Assembly: GCA_002633005.1 (NCBI GenBank)
Contig: NMRA01000172.1
Location: 362,348 to 426,347 of the forward strand
Direction: 5' to 3'
Length of the DNA: 64,000 nt
DNA from: Phoronis australis
Lineage: Eukaryota > Animalia > Phoronida
The position numbers were made by a program, and so were the translations under genes. How positions within the stretch are numbered: the stretch's first letter is position 1; every line of letters begins with the position of its first letter. Shown here one piece after another: positions 12,046-24,945 of this stretch. Below the pieces are notes generated by a model, which worked only from the letters and a program-made list of their open reading frames with translations, was not told where the DNA came from and ran no database searches.

Positions 12046-13119
12046 ATGGTTTCTTCTCCGTTCATCAACACGTCGTTCACTAAAAACGCTTCATCTCTCC
12101 ACCACGACGCTCTTCTTGGTTTTCAAGTCTACTATGGAATAACATCGACTATTGCTGTTGTATCAAACATTATGTTGCTCACTACAATTTATACTCGATG
12201 TCGGCTGCATTCGCCTGGATACTACCTCGTAGCTAGTTTGGCTGTAGGTGACTTGTGTTTTCCACCAACAATTTGTTTAACATTAATCGGTAGGGAAATT
12301 CTTCAGAAAAATGCACTTTTTTGTAATATCATAGCATTCATTCAGAATTTGTTAGGAGTTCAATCAATGGCAACTCTATTATGCATTAGCGTTGAGCGTT
12401 ACTACGCATGCGTGAGACCTATCACTTATCTTATCAAGATAAGTCCACACGTTACAAAATTTATGATAGCTGCATCCTGGTTGTTTCCAGCGATTTTTAC
12501 GAGCCTGCCGCTGTTTGGTTTGGGAGAATATAATTTTTTTGCATATTTGAACGTTTGTCAGCTTGACTGGAGTCGAAAAGATGTTGGAACTAACATTGTC
12601 ATCGGTTTAATGGGAGCCATTTTCTATCCAACATGTTTGATCATGCTCTGGTGTTACGCTAACATCTTTAAAGAAGCAAGGAAACTTGAGAGAACTGCAA
12701 CTCCCTTACAAGCCGACATGGATGTGAAAAAGAAGCAGAAAGAGGTCAGATCACAGATTAAAACGTCACACATTTTATTCGCTTTAACTTTTGGTTTCGT
12801 TTTGTCGTTATTTCCGTATGTGGGTTCACGCATGGCTAAGCGATATCCAAACAGTTTGGAAAAACAGTACCGTATTCTGCAAGTGATAGAAGTGACGTCG
12901 CTACCTTTATACAACGTTTGCAATTTCCTTAATCCTGTTCTTTATGGGTTGATCAACAAGGCTGTGCGTAAGGAAATGTTTGTGATGCTGAAAACTTTCA
13001 GACAAAAAATAAAAAATAAGTGCATAGGCGGATTTAGGGGGGCAGGGGGCCCGCCCCCCTTGGCTGCCGCAAAAAACAAAACAGCAAAAGCGTTGGGAAA
13101 TGTTGAGTGTATTAATTAA
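12046..13119 (+). CDS. class A GPCR paralog 2 with transposon-derived C-terminal tail
   Basis: Full 7TM motifs (LAVGDL, ERY, LPLFG, NPVLY); last ~32 codons (CIGGFRGAGGPPPLAAAK...) read into the element starting at 13023. Confidence 0.85.
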   Translation: MVSSPFINTSFTKNASSLHHDALLGFQVYYGITSTIAVVSNIMLLTTIYTRCRLHSPGYYLVASLAVGDLCFPPTICLTLIGREILQKNALFCNIIAFIQNLLGVQSMATLLCISVERYYACVRPITYLIKISPHVTKFMIAASWLFPAIFTSLPLFGLGEYNFFAYLNVCQLDWSRKDVGTNIVIGLMGAIFYPTCLIMLWCYANIFKEARKLERTATPLQADMDVKKKQKEVRSQIKTSHILFALTFGFVLSLFPYVGSRMAKRYPNSLEKQYRILQVIEVTSLPLYNVCNFLNPVLYGLINKAVRKEMFVMLKTFRQKIKNKCIGGFRGAGGPPPLAAAKNKTAKALGNVECIN

Positions 13120-13974
13120 CCCCGGTAACTAAAATTACACGTCTGAAACAAGATTAAATGTGTTCAGATTTTCAAGTGTCAAATTCGGAACGCGGCGCAA
13201 TCGTAACGGAACTATGGCTAAGTGTAGGCGCTCTCCCGCGATATCCCAGGCGACCGGCAGTGGCGCTTGGCACAACGACTCCATTTCCGTCGTCTGCTCT
13301 ACTGTACAATGAAGAAAATCACTTCATTTTTTAAAGAAAATGGAATCTGAGTGACGATGAAAAAAAGAAACTGCCAGCAAGATGTCAATTTTAATCGAAG
13401 CCTTAGTGAATGACTCGGAAACTCATAATTCTCTGTTTGTCAAACCTTAACTTAAGACTGTTTCCAAAGCAACGCGTCATTATTGCCAACACAAAAAACG
13501 GATTTGGGCAAATGAAGACTGTTTTAAATACAACAAATTTGTTACGAACTGATCGCACAAAATATAAAACATGTAATAAGCATTACAAAAGAAGGAGGTT
13601 TCGCGCGCAAATGCTGTGAACCGTAAGCAAGTAGGTCTCTTAGTATCAAGTTAGGCGTTAAATCGTGGTGGTGCAGTGGTAAAGCACGCGCGCTTTATCC
13701 GCCAGGTCATGAGATCGAGTCTGTGGTACTTGCAGTTTTTCCTGTTTTACACTGTCTCGGTGTTTTTTTTTTTTTTTTTTTGCCTTTTTTCTTGGATAAT
13801 ACTTCGGGAATCAAGGAAAATGCTTGATTTTTAGAGGAAAAAACAGAAAAATTACCTGGGCGGGCAAACCCCCCTCCCGACCTCCCCCCATTAGGTGCTA
13901 TTGGCATCTACAATCGAGCTTTAAGCAAATATTTGCCTGTTGGCCCCCCTTGTGATATCCTAGATCCGCCACTA
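13023..13974 (+). mobile_element. non-autonomous hAT-like element (~950 bp)
   Basis: TIRs CATAGGCGGATTTAG...CTAGATCCGCCACTA; near-TSD AAGTG/CAGTG; internal MKKITSFF remnant at ~13309; absent in GPCR paralogs; partial copies at 407-704 and 19815-20157. Confidence 0.8.
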
Positions 13975-15097
13975 CAGTGGATAATAGGAGAGCACTTCTT
14001 TCTAAATTCCATGTTGATGTCAACATGGCGAGTGATTTGACTGACGTTGTTGCTCATTACAGCACGCCCAGCGTTTGTTCCATAGCCCATCCACACGTTG
14101 CATTGAAAAACTAACTTTTTGGACAGAAACAAGTAGTCAAAGAAAATATCGTGATCCAATCCTAAGTCAATACAAACGTTGTCCATAAATACGAAGGGAG
14201 CGGTGGTAGTAAGCACGTGTCTCGAAAACGAAGACCTCGAAAACGCAAACCTCTAAAGCAAAAGGCATGGCTCGGTTGTAGGTCTGCTTTCTGATCCAGT
14301 GGAGTTTAGAATATGATGTGCAATTGGCTTTTTCCGTAAGGGAGGCTTTGAGTTTATAAAAACACGCTCGTAAAAGGCTAGAATTTCGAAAGTATACTCA
14401 CAATTTCATTACAACACACTTGCTATGCTGAGAGAAAGGACTATGAACAGAAACCATTCGTTAACACACAGAGTGCGAGCTTTGCAAGAGTTTCTGCAGA
14501 TAAGTATGGCGCCAATGTGAATCATCCGACGTTCAGTGGCTGATATTCAGATTTTAATGCTGTTATTTGTAACGCGTTTTAACTCGATTTCACGTTGTTT
14601 TCTAATACGAGACAAATCTTCTCTACATGTAGAGGTATGTAGTACATGTTGTCTCTTCATAAATATATTGTGTAAATAGGCATCGTAACATTTCGTATTT
14701 AATAGAGATATGCAGTTTTAGAAAATCATGACTATTCCCACCGAGCTGGGCTACTGTACATGTAGCTACAAGAGCCAATTCTGACGGAATGAGTGGACAA
14801 AATTTGAAGAGATTTGCTACCCCATTGAACTTCCTCAGTCCGTGTATTGTCTCGTGCTCGGGCAGAGAGGTGTCAAGTTACCCTGTGCCTTCACAAAACC
14901 ATGACGCTAAAGGATCTTGCCACGGGCGTGCATCGCTACATCTCACACTTCAGTGGTGCCTATAAAGAACTGCCAAAGCCGTCTGCCTACTATAAAGTCT
15001 CTCTTGTAGTAAAAATGTTGTGGTATTAATGACTGTAAATGTTCAGCAGCCCCATGGATAAAATACGTCCCCGGACTTCCAGATGCAATCAACCTAC

Positions 15098-15098
<1 letters not shown>

Positions 15099-15149
<51 letters not shown>

Positions 15150-15150
15150 C

Positions 15151-15214
<64 letters not shown>
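15099..15214. repeat. (GTAA)n microsatellite, ~29 units; probable (TTAC)n 3' tail of the adjacent minus-strand LINE
   Basis: Directly visible, one GTAC variant; abuts the LINE 3' UTR. Confidence 0.95.
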
Positions 15215-16166
15215 TTTTTTATTATAGTGACATGTGTTCAAATGAATTTAAACAATGAATACGTTACAAACACTAGGAACACCCAGCCCTCCACGGGGCT
15301 TATAAGTCATTTTAGATACATAATACAAAAAGCAAAGACAAGTGTACGCGCATTGCAAGAGGACCAGAAAGAGAAGGCCGAGATAAAAGTGATCATAAAT
15401 AAATATAATTTTTCCTTACTTCAAAAATATTTTTGATGAAAACTGAAGTTTTTCTAATAACATCTTTTTGCATGATTGTAATTAATTTACTTTCACAGCT
15501 TTCTGCACGGAATCGTGGATATTTAATCTCAACTTGACAGTAAAAGGTATTTCTGGCATCTAAGAAAAACGGAAACTCAAACAGAAAATGTAGTTCAGTT
15601 TCGACCTGACCAGTGTGACAAAGACAGCAAATTCTGTCATCAAAATCTAGAGAACGAAAACGCCCAATCTCAACCAATAGCTGTAGGGTTCCGGTTCTAA
15701 TTTGAGCAAGAATTGACCTACTAGGTCGAGTTAAGTATAAAAGCACGTAAGGCTCAACTTCAAAGACGTTCTTCATCAAAACTTAGGTTCTCAACTTTGC
15801 TTTCGAACGGCTTTCAAACAACCACCTACATGTATTACATGCCAAATCATGCAATATATTCTTACAGTGAGACAGATTAACTGAACGTAAGTTACGAAAA
15901 CAATCCGAAATCCCTAATTCTTCAAAAATGTTCAAAACTTCAGGAGACCAATTATTAGTACAAGTAGTGTAGTTCTTCCAAAATATTCGGTATGTTAGTC
16001 TATCACCCTCGAAATTAATGATACGATTCCACATTCTCAAAAGCTCAATTTTCCGCCTAACGCTGGGGAATTCCCACCCCATGTCACCTGTAACAGCATG
16101 ATTAGGAGCGAACTTGTGAACGCCCAAGAAAAATCGCGCGGTTCTATTCTGAACAATTGAAGCCAA
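15215..16166 (-). mobile_element. 5'-truncated non-LTR retrotransposon (CR1/L2/Daphne-like ORF2 C-terminus), degenerate
   Basis: ORFs 15783-16166 and 15393-15779: VQNRTARFFLGV..AVTGDMGW, RSILAQIRTG..EIGRF..RICCLC..ETELHF; absent from paralogous sites ~9300 and ~46730. Confidence 0.85.
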
Positions 16167-16526
16167 CCGGGCATGAAGGCAGCCGTGCGAGTGACAACAT
16201 CAATCATACATTAATTCAGTGGTGGGTGATGGTGAACTATTGAAACAAGGATTCGATTCCATGTCATGAGACCTCAGGCAGCTCCCAAAATAAAGTACAT
16301 CGATTGTTTTTGTAAGACTATTGGTCAGATAGATTTTGTGGAATGGGGAGTTCGGAGGTCGCATAGAATGATGTTGCCGCAACTGGTAAGCCGATAAGTA
16401 TCCTGGCTACCATTTTAACAGATAGACTAATTAATTAATAAGCTATACGTCACAGTAGTGTTAAAATGTTATGTATAGGATAATAAAGTTATTAAATGCC
16501 AGAAAGTACGATATTTTACATCATCT

Positions 16527-17670
16527 TGCTCTTGTATGCTAATGACATGGTTTTGTGTTCGAGCATTCACATTAATTTGCAAACAATGTTAAACTGTCGT
16601 TATGATTATTGCTTAGCTTGGCGCATGAGTGTAATTCTGAAAAAAAAACTAAGAGCATTGTTTTCAGTAATGGCGGGCCACTCATATTGTATGAGAAGTG
16701 GTATTATGTAAATCAATTAAAGGAGGTTGTCTCTCAATATAAACATCTTGGAATATATTTAGACCAAGATTAGCTTGGTTCAAAACGACTGTTTGGTAAA
16801 ATTGCTGTGCAGAAATCTGGGGATTTAGAGAATATGAATGGCTTGAAATTATATTTGTTAAATTCTGTAAAATTGCTCTTAAAATTGGGAGCTCTTGCTC
16901 GAACGCAGTTGTATTGGGTGAATGTGGAATTTATCCGCTCTATGCAAAGTATTATGTCACGTGTAAAATATTGGCTAAAGTTCTTGGAAATCCCACTTAC
17001 TAGATACGCTAAAGCGGTTTATGTCATGTTAACCGATTTAGATCGAAATGGAAGAAAAACTTGAATATCTTCTGTTAGACAATTGCTGTCAAAATACGGT
17101 TTTTGTGAAACTTGTTTGAATCAAGGTGCCACCTGCGAAGTGTCGTTTTTAAGTATGTTCGTGCAGAGTTAACGGTTGCTATGAGCAAGGATGGCGATCA
17201 GAAATTGCGCATATTGCAAAACTTAAAATACTACTATAATTTTAAGATTATGTACTATTTTGAACCACATCTTACGTTACCGCTACCTTGTCGTCTTATT
17301 CAAGCGTTTACTCGGTTACGTTGCTCCAACCACAGAGTATAAGTGGAAGTGGGTAGGCACTAGAAAGTGTTTGATTTGCAATGGTGGTCTTATAGAATAT
17401 GAATACCACTTCCTGTTGATTTGCAAGAGAAATCATGATGTTAGATCACGTTTTATGAAAGAAATTAAGTGGAAGCCCCCAACTCAAGAATCCTGTATAC
17501 GCCTGCTAGTTAATCCAGATATGTATGTTATTAAATATGTGTATTCTAACCTTAAAAGAAGAGAGCGACACTCAAATGGGTCGACTGCGTGTGCAAATGT
17601 ACTTTTTAATTGGTGTTTACTGCACATTGGGCCCGAGGCCTTTAATACAAATAAATGTATGAATGTATGT
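16527..17670 (+). mobile_element. degenerate non-LTR retrotransposon (RT YADD-like motif plus C-terminal zinc finger)
   Basis: LLLYANDMVL (YADD-like), RLRCSNH..EVGR, RKCLICNGGLIEYEYHFLLIC across frameshifts; AATAAA then TGTA-type tail near 17650-17670. Confidence 0.8.
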
Positions 17671-19814
17671 ACACTTTGTATGATAAGAACGCAATTCAAG
17701 TACAAGCTGTAATTTACAAAATATTCCCACTTTAGTGACATCTTTCGACTCATCATACACTCGTTATATTTTTTCAATTGGAGGGACTCTAGGAAGAGAG
17801 AAACTATGAAACTTGGTTAAAGATAAGCTATTCTCGAAATAGAAAAAAACTTCCGCTTACTTCATAACCAATGAGAAGAGAGGAGAATAAATTGTTATTT
17901 CTTCGACTGAAATTAATAATTTTCAGACGAGCGTAGCCATTAATCACCCACAATTCAACTGTAAGTGTAATTTCAAAAGATTCGAAGTCTCCAAAGAAAT
18001 CGTACGGACGTACAAGAGGTACCTCTTTTTTCCTAGAGGAAAATAAGAAACAAACAACACCTTTCGACTAATTCAAAATCAGTGCTTCAACAATAACCTG
18101 AGGGAATTGAGCCTATCAATTCAGAAAGTCAGCCCTTGATATGCCTGATAATGGAATCTGTTGCACTGGGAAACTTACAATTGTTTTTAACAAATAATGT
18201 GGTTCCGTAGTATGTATGTGGTTGTTCAGTTCGCCATTTTGTTTTTAAATACACTGATTATTGTTTATTCTCGAATCTTGTGCATAGCAGACTCTAAGCC
18301 AGCTAGCTGCGATTGAAAGCATACTTTGATTGCATGTGGAACTTTTGTTATAGACAAGTTAACACAAAACATAAATCTGTTCAAAGGCCTTCATAAGAAA
18401 GCTCTAAAAATAGTTTCACACATTAAAAAATCAAATGCAATCAAAGGGAATTCTTCGTTTTGATCGCCGGACATTTCTATAGGTCAACAGGAAAATGACG
18501 ATTCGCAAGCGTACTCGGTAATCACGTCAGCTTTATAAAAAAGCAGCACAACTGCGCTGCATGGGGCTTTAAACCTGAAGAAATATTGTGGTTTGAATAA
18601 TTAGTGACAAACTTCCCTGTTGATGAAAAAATTATTCGATCATCAAAGTGTAACATTAACGGGCTTTTTACAGACATTAAGACAATCGATGCAGTACCTT
18701 AATGTCATTTCCGCATAATGTGTACCAAATTGAAAAGTTTTTGCCTTTAGTATAAAGCCTTTCTTCTGAAAGGAAAAGTTAATGCCACTCAGTGAGAAAG
18801 AACAGGTATTTATATAAGATGCTTTTGGCTTTCATTTCACTGGGATCGAGTTTCAATGATCTATAGAAGCGCTTGTAAAACAGGTCCAGTTTTGGCATGT
18901 GGCTTTCCTTCATGTAACTTAATTCAGCCTCCATAAAGTCCACGATTACATATAGATCCTTGAAGGTAAACACAACATCGTATCACTTGACTCGCTTTGT
19001 GCCCAAAATCTGACCCTGAACAAGACCAGAGTGTTACTAGGTCTTCTTTAAAGACGAGGCAACCTTTTTCATGTCAATGTTAGCAAGAAGAAGGTTTGTG
19101 ATAATCCCAGACATATTTTTTAGTTAATTGAAGCTTTTTGTAATTTAAATAATTACTCGTCCTCTACTCCGGAAGTGACGTTTTGGAAGGCAAGAATTTC
19201 GCCCCAATTTATTTTCACATAGTCTGTCTGTGAAAGCTGCTGAGTCAGTCATTGTTCTATCTCGGTTGTGATAAGTTCGATCCCTGTTTGCTTTTGTTTA
19301 CGAGTCAGTCAACATGCCATACTTTTGCTGCGCACCGGGATGTACTCATCATCGTCTCAAGGATAGAGGAACATTTATTCCACTTGCCCAAAAGCCCCGC
19401 AAACACTCCCACTGGGCACACAAACTGCTTACATCCCGCCGTGTGACTCCCTCGCCACACACCTGGCACCTTCTAAATAGGTCCAATACTTTAGACAAGT
19501 CCACAATAAACTTATCAAAGATTTGCTCATCGATCCTTTCATTGAACAACGAACTAACCTCTTCTTTGGGTGTCGAACTGAGTCTGTATCATGCACTCCC
19601 ACTACTCAACATCGCAGAAGGGCTGCTAACAGGCTCTGAGCGATAATGAGTACAAACCGGTACGTAGCAACAGTGTGACATGTTGACTGACTCGCAAACA
19701 CATGCAAACGACGACCGAACTTATCAAAACCGAGGTAGAACAATCACTGTCTCGACAGCTCTCACTACGTAAGCCAACGCTGCGTGTATTATTTTACTCA
19801 TATGGAGTACATTA

Positions 19815-20157
19815 CATTGGCGGATTTAGGGGGGGGGGGGCAGGGGGCCCCCCCCCCCTTGGCTGCCGCAAAAATAAAACAGCAAGAGCGTAGGGAAATG
19901 CTGAGTTTATTAATTAACTCGGTAACTAACATTATAAAGCGGAAACAAGATTTAAATGTGGGCAGTTTTAGTGTGTTTGGGGAGGGGGGGATCAGATCCA
20001 ATTTCAAGTGTCAAATTCGGAACACGGCTCAATCGTAACGAAACTATTGCTAAGTATAGGCTCTCCCGCGTTATCCCAGGCGACCGGCAGTGGCGCTGCG
20101 CATTACGACTCCGTTTCCGTCGTCTGCTTCACTGTGCAATGAAGAAAATTACTTCAT
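19815..20157 (+). mobile_element. 5' fragment of the hAT-like element at 13023
   Basis: High similarity to 13023-13330. Confidence 0.8.
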
Positions 20158-22835
20158 TCTAGGTGGCACACCAGTCATGCTAGTAAATATTGAAAGCCTT
20201 TGCTATTTACGTATATTTAATTTCAGATGGTGAATTGTAATACTCCAGGGCAAGGTCAAAGACATGCATATTATGTGGCAAACCGTTATACCCAGACTCT
20301 CACGCACACAAAGTTAAAAAGTGCTGCATTAAAACAGAGGTACTTGGATTTTTTGAACTCGTTGACATTCAATTCAACAACGATTTGCTGGACATTAGGC
20401 CTGTGTTTATCTGCAGCTCATGCATTTCGTTTTGTTCAAAACTCACGCAGCTGCAGAAATCAGCAAGAATGGATGTCAGTAATTTCATTGCTCAGTCTGA
20501 AGATCGACAGAAACATGTACTAATTGATTAGTCACCTGTTTCTAAGAAGCCAACAGGAGAAAAGAGAAATTAAATCAAATTTTGAGTCCGAGTTGGTTGA
20601 CCATGGGTATTCAGTATCTGGGGATTATCAACAATCCAAACCTTTCCTGTCAAACGTGTCTAAAGATTCAACTGAGCAACGTGATCGGAAACTGTTGTTT
20701 AAAATCAGTACATCTTTGGATGACCTTAGCAAGACTTCAGAAAAAAGTGTCCTTAGACTTCCCATGAGGAACCTGGATAACAAGCCGCTTCTTTGGAAAA
20801 TTGTGAAAGAAGTGGAAAATCGTCCACGTGGGCTACCACTTCTGTTACTATGTGTCATTCACTACATATTGGTATGACTAAGAATGACTTCACTGTAGCC
20901 ATAATGTATGGGATACAGTATAGATGTTTGCCAAAAACCCTCAACTCTGTGCTGTACACAGGCTATTGACTACTGCGTGCATTCGTCATTATGCTGACGA
21001 TGGTGTATGTTTGAACATTTTTCATGTCAAGAAATTGATCACGTTTATACCTTATAATTGTTTTTAACATATATTTTTAGCAAAGGTGACAAAGTTGATG
21101 ATAGCAATTAGATCGGTATTATATAATTATATTACATTAAAAGTTCTCCAGATTGAGACAGCCTGCTAAATTCAGAACACAGAAATCATTGCTGAGATTT
21201 ATTTTTTTTATCCTGAAATTTGTGGCATGAGTGATTTTTATATTTTCGTACTTTTCAAATTCCTAACGCTATGCTGTAGCATAACAGGTTGCAAGAATAC
21301 TCTTGCAAGTTCATAAAAAGTGACTCTCATGACAAACATTTAATAAATTGTTACCATTCTCCTTGAATTTCTGACAGACAATTGTGTGAATTTCTAAAAA
21401 AATTGGGACAAGCTCCGACTTTGATCAAAATAATTGATCACAGTGACAAACTAGAGAATTTTTGGGTAATTAATTTTTGAAATTCAGTGTGTAGTTAACT
21501 TTAAAACGGATGGACGACTGTTCTTGTTTATGAGAGGATCTGCTTTAAGAAAAAAGGTTGTAAAAGTGATGACAATTTATTGTATAGTATTTTATCTTAA
21601 GTGATAGTTTGGTAGTTTACACCAGCTTTAAAAATGTCAGTGACGAAAGGTAGAAATCATAAGTGAGAACAGATATCAACAGTCATTTAATGACTCTGAA
21701 GCAGATGATAATACTGGCTGTACCCATGTGGTTAAAGAGTCATGACATCAAGCTTTCGATTTAAAAATCTTGAGGGACTCTCTGATATGTAAGCTACAAG
21801 TGTTTTTCTCACAACAAATGATGTGTGTGCTGTCAAAATCAGTTGCATACTGAGTTAGCCACTGAATGATCTCAATGCTTAATATGCTTAAGGGGGTTTT
21901 GATCAAAGATTGGTTAGACTGATACATACATGTACCAAGAGAACTTGTGCCATGTGATAAAATGTTATTGTTTACATATTTTTTGGAAAAAATAAATGGT
22001 TTAACGAGATCATGAAACGTTACAATTGTGTCTTTAGAATCTAACGTCAATGTATAATACAGGATTACTTTTACATAAACATTTAAAATGTTACAGATTT
22101 TGGATTTCCTATATATAGTTAAGGTTATACAGAATTACACAATTCTGTATATCCGAAAACTTGCTCCCGAAGTACAGCCATTGTTAAGGTTAAGAATCCA
22201 TGCCTACATGATGTTCTCTGCACATTTGTTGCTTTGATAACACTATCACTGATGGTGTTACTCTATCAAAAATAAAAAATTAAAGAGCAATTTTGACAGT
22301 AAAATCATCCATGAAAATCTTATTTTAATGATGTAGATTTTCGACTCTGTACCATTTTTGTACTTCAGGGTGACCTAAAGGGCTGCTGGATTCCCTGTTA
22401 ATTCCAGGTTGTCGTGTCTCTTGGGAGGCATTTTTTATTTAGCGCATCTGCGTTGAATAAATTCATGTTTTCGATTATTTTTTGGCAGCTTTTCCAAATT
22501 TCCGTAAAACTTCCAAACTCAGATTTGAAAATTCTGGGTATTAGAAAAGGCATAAAAATTGGTGCTGTGAAACCTGTTGTGATACAAATAGATATTACTG
22601 AAAGTATTGTTTGTCTGCATTAAACTCACCATTCTAACACAAGGTGTTCTTCGCTGATTACCACAATTCCCACGTAGGAAGCATTTTACACCGTCACTTG
22701 TCGATGTCAGAGCCTCAGGGTGAGCATACACTACTTGATAATTTCCTTTAATTATTTAATTATATCGCTAATTTGAAACAGTACTATAAAACGCCACCAC
22801 TAGTTTCTTCATCATCAGTATCATCATCACTATTG

Positions 22836-23125
22836 CAGTGAGGGCTTTAGGGGGAAGGGGGTCATGCCCCCCTAAAATTCTCCCAGATCCCATATTGCAG
22901 TTCGGGGTGCAAATTGCTCGCACCCAGGGGTCTCGGGGAGGCAAATGCACTGCATAGCCTTGAACAAATCCCGTTTACACACGTTTGTTTTGGTCATGAG
23001 GTCCACAAATCAAATGTTCAAGATCCCTCGCATCCTACATTTTAGGCTGGATGGGCGCATGTGACGAAATTCTGGTTATTCCTGTGCCTTGGCCCCCCTA
23101 ACTCAAAATCCTGGATCCGCCCCTG
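22836..23125 (+). mobile_element. MITE (hAT-like, near-perfect 5-bp TSD TATTG/TAATG)
   Basis: Ends TGGATCCGCCCCTG; inverted homolog at 23231-23548; partial homolog at 63159. Confidence 0.7.
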
Positions 23126-23230
23126 TAATGTCTCGCAAAAATTGTTGCTGTTCTGGTATTGTATGTTCTGGTACTGTAATTTGTGCACGGCAAAGAACTA
23201 CTTAAGTTTGGTGAACTACAGGGCTAATAA

Positions 23231-23548
23231 CAGGGGCGGATCCAGGAATCTGAGTTGGGGGGGGGGCAGGATGCATTAATAACCAGAATTTCGCCACATG
23301 CGCGCACCCAGCCTAAAATGTAGGGGATGCAGGTGTCTTGAATTTTTGGATTTGTGGACCTTGTTACTAAAAAAACGGTAAACGGATTGTTCAAGGCCTA
23401 CACTGTATGCATTGTTCATTCGCCCTACGAGCCCCCCTGGCTGCGCGCATATGCTAGTCAGCAATTCGCACCCCGAACTGCCAAATGCCATCTGGGAGAA
23501 TTTTAGGGGGGGCATGGCCTGATTGCCCCCCCCCTATATCCGCCACTG
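23231..23548 (-). mobile_element. MITE, same family as 22836-23125, inverted
   Basis: TIRs CAGGGGCGGATC...ATATCCGCCACTG; near-TSD AATAA/AATAT. Confidence 0.75.
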
Positions 23549-24397
23549 AATATGCAAACAAATTAGTTGACCTTTCAACTGTGCTTCTGCTAGTTTTATT
23601 TTAATCGCACAGTGAACCTTTTACGTTCACTTAGTGATAACTAAACCGTTTCAATGATATTTTCGTTTTAAAATTGCTTCAATTAATACTACAGGTACTC
23701 CAATATCGTCCGCATACGTCGCGATTCTACTCGGGGATTCCATTGACAGGGCATTCCCCGAGTATGCATGACAAGGGAGATAAGGCTTTAATTTGATACA
23801 TAAACGCGTCGACAAATACTGATTTTCTCAGCTACAAGGATTATAATTACCATTTTTAAAAACGTAGTCCTAACTGCTACAAAATTCATTCAAATTTCAA
23901 CACTGACATTTTTTTGCGGTTTATTTGGCCCGGATGAGAACCGATATGATCTCGCGTGATCCAGCCTAATCACCCGTTTTTTGCGGTATTTTGTAAATGT
24001 GATGTACTATTTGTGAAAGTATAGTCGCCAACCGACTAGAGAGACGTCTTTCGTGAAAATGTCAGACTATATGAAAAAATGGTGCGAAATTCTTGCCTCC
24101 AAAAACGTCATTTCCGTATTAGAGAATGAATAATTAAATTACGAAAAGCTTTAATTAAGTGAAAATATGTCTGGGATAATCAACGAACCTTATTTTTGCT
24201 AAAACTGACATGAAAAAAGGTTGCCTTCGCTTTTAACTTCAGTCCCTCATGTGCACACATTACTCATTGCCTATGAAACGGCATCCTCGCCAATGAGGCT
24301 GGCTGGTGTAGCAGTCAGATATAGTTCCTCTTTACACACAAACAATCCACTGGCACATTTTCGTATGGTAACTTGATACTGCGATTCCCATTTCTCC

Positions 24398-24945
24398 GGG
24401 TTGAGTAAAAAATGTTGCCCTTGTTTTTCAAAAATATGATATGGTAACTGCTTTACAATTTCACACAAAATTAAATAATTACCATTTCCGCAAAGCAAGG
24501 GCGTATATAATATAATATAATATAATATAATATAATATAATATAATAAGTATTGATTTATATAGAACTGCGTCTTTATCTCCAGGGCCACTGGCTTGTAC
24601 ATTGTGTCATGCAGCACTGCTGGTGTGTGGACGATATGCTGTGGGAAGAGAAAGGAGTAACAAAGATTGTCTATATGTATTTTGCGGTTTGAAGTGGCCT
24701 TTAAAATGTCACAGTACCTGGAACAAATATTGGAAAATGAATAATTAAGAACGTCGGGTTGGGTAAAAAATGTTGCCCTTGTTTTTCAAAAATATGATAT
24801 GGTAACTGCTTTACAATTTCACACAAAATTAAATAATTACTATTTCCGCAAAGTAACGATGTATATAATATAATATAATATAATATAATATAATATAATA
24901 CAATATAATATAATAAGTATTGATTTATATAGAACTTGTCTTTAT
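24398..24945. repeat. ~180-bp direct duplication (24398-24577 / 24756-24945), each copy with a (TATAA)n microsatellite
   Basis: Near-identical segments; a single copy without the microsatellite expansion lies at ~35178-35320. Confidence 0.85.

Larger units (their letters stand above)
19052..24232. mobile_element. Kolobok-like DNA transposon (degenerate)
   Basis: ~190-bp imperfect TIRs (19052-19240 vs 24048-24232); TTAA TSD at 19048-19051 and 24233-24236; empty site at ~34820; THAP-like start MPYFCCAPGC at 19314; KFIV..LDLFRRCQVC remnant. Confidence 0.75.

Noticed and set aside
14990-15095. GT31 galactosyltransferase-like KTDDD motif in the decayed gene
   Set aside because: Appears only when frameshifts are invoked; two of three copies support a different frame
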